A stretch of DNA of 64,000 nucleotides from Coraliomargarita sp. (lineage in GTDB: Bacteria; Verrucomicrobiota; Verrucomicrobiia; Opitutales; Coraliomargaritaceae), in NCBI GenBank assembly GCA_965216325.1, contig OZ244160.1, positions 1,280,001-1,344,000 on the forward strand. The letters run 5' to 3'. Position 1 is the stretch's first letter, and every line of letters starts with the position of its first letter. Positions 62,606-64,000 of this stretch are shown here, piece after piece. The notes beneath the pieces were generated by a model. The model did not search any database. It was not told where the DNA came from and saw only the letters and a program-made list of their open reading frames with translations. The position numbers and the translations under genes are program-made.

Positions 62606-64000
62606 ATGCCTCCGATATTTACCAAACGCCATAGCTGGGCTTGGCTAGTCTGCCTAATCCTGCTTTCCGGATTCCTCCTGACCAGTATTAGCAGTTACCA
62701 CGTAACACGTGGCAACATGCGCGAAACTATCGTCAACAGTACGCTACCGCTCACCTCTGACAACGTCTACTCGGAGATACAGCGCGACTTACTCAGCCCA
62801 GTGTTCATTGCATCACTCATGGCAAACGACACCTTCCTCCGCGACTGGGCGATGAGCGGAGAGCAAGATGTAGAGGCAATTACCCGCTATCTAAACGAGA
62901 TTAAAATCAAATAAAGCACCGTCACTAGCTTCTTCGTCTCAGATAAAACTCATAAATACTACCACGCCCACGGCATACTCAAAGAAGTCAAAGAAAGCGA
63001 TCCGCGCGACAAATGGTATTTTCGTGCACGAGACATTATGGAGCCCTACGAGATCAACGTGGATCCTGATGCTGCCAACGCTGACGAGATGACGATCTTC
63101 ATCAACTACCGAACCTGCGACTATGAAGGAAACCTGCTGGGAGTCACCGGCGTCGGGCTAACTGTAAACAGTGTCAACAATCTCATCAGCCGCCATGAAG
63201 CAAAGTTCAAGCGCCAGATCTATTTCGCAGATCAAGACGGCAACATCGTATTACGCCCCGCCAACAGCTCACTACTTAACTACCCAGACTTAAACTCAAT
63301 CGAAGGACTGAAGAGCCAGCAAACCAAACAGCTGCTCTCTAATAAACGCAGCAAGCTTAGCTACCTACGTGGCGGCGAAACACGCCTTGTTAATTGCCAC
63401 TACGTGCCCGAACTCGACTGGTATCTAATCGTCGAACAAAGCGAGTCGGTAATGCTCGCCCCCATTCGTGAACAGCTTTTCTTCAATATACTGCTCGCCC
63501 TAGCGGTAACCTCAGTGGTGGCATGTATCTGTATCACAGCCATCAATCGCCACCAATCGAAGATTCACCGCCGCAACGACGAACTCATAAAAATCAACCA
63601 AGAGAACGAAGCTCACAAACAAGAACTGCTACAAGCCACTCAGAAACTGGAAAGCGCCAACAAACGCCTGAGCCAATTGAACGCTGAGAAAGACGAATTT
63701 CTCAGTATCGTCGCACATGACTTACGTAGCCCGCTGAATGCAATCATCGGATTCTGTGACATGGCTGAAGCGGAGGATGAAGACGAAGCGTTCGATATCG
63801 GTCCTTTTGTAAGCGACATCAAAGACTCAGGAGAGCGAATGCTCGAACTCACCCAAAAGCTGCTCGAGGTTTCACGCATTGAAGCCTTTCAAGGCATCAT
63901 CGAAACGGAGGAGGTCGACTGGAATGCTGTTATCGAAATCTCTGCGGGGCACTTCGCACGACAAGCCCAAGACAAAAAATCCAAGTCCAGCTATCGCTGG
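62606..64000 (+). pseudogene. Cache-domain sensor histidine kinase with in-frame stop (runs off window)
   Basis: TM, periplasmic sensor, TAA at 62912-62914, same frame resumes through TM2 to H-box KDEFLSIVAHDLRSPL. Confidence 0.8.

Overview
Chromosomal window that looks verrucomicrobial (Opitutae/Coraliomargarita-like; inferred from gene content, gene order and intergenic repeats). Core genes: RadD-like helicase 3' end; ADP-heptose/LPS cluster (GT8, GT2, gmhB, hldD, split hldC and hldA, gmhA, DegT-type aminotransferase, MsbA-like ABC); uvrA; OFA-family MFS with an FNR-like box; radical SAM; metX-metW; S8 protease; accA; coaE-rho-pilB-pilT-pilB-pilC; ComM-like ATPase; tRNA-Ser(TGA); NarL-type regulator; CbiX-like protein; pal; a Cache histidine kinase with an internal stop. 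Accessory content: (i) an ISL3 that truncates a sulfotransferase; (ii) an integron-like array with no intI in the window (19.5-23.1 kb), whose second 'cassette' is a tyrosine recombinase + IS91-type HUH transposase unit with complementary R'/R'' ends, plus a YefM-YoeB cassette with a nonsense-truncated toxin; (iii) two tandem candidate sRNAs with identical ECF-type promoters and a shared seed, one of which is complementary to the leader of an outer-membrane barrel gene in the window; (iv) an OleA-like KAS III / sulfotransferase / SDR group next to a secreted protein and an ABC-LolA-like-barrel module; (v) an IS110/IS1111 element whose 3' non-coding end has a segment complementary to its insertion flank (candidate bridge/seek RNA); (vi) a class IIC group II intron behind a terminator; (vii) several REP/REPIN families and heptamer arrays around a deleted four-helix-bundle gene. 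All calls come from manual reading and motif recognition; no searches or computations were run.
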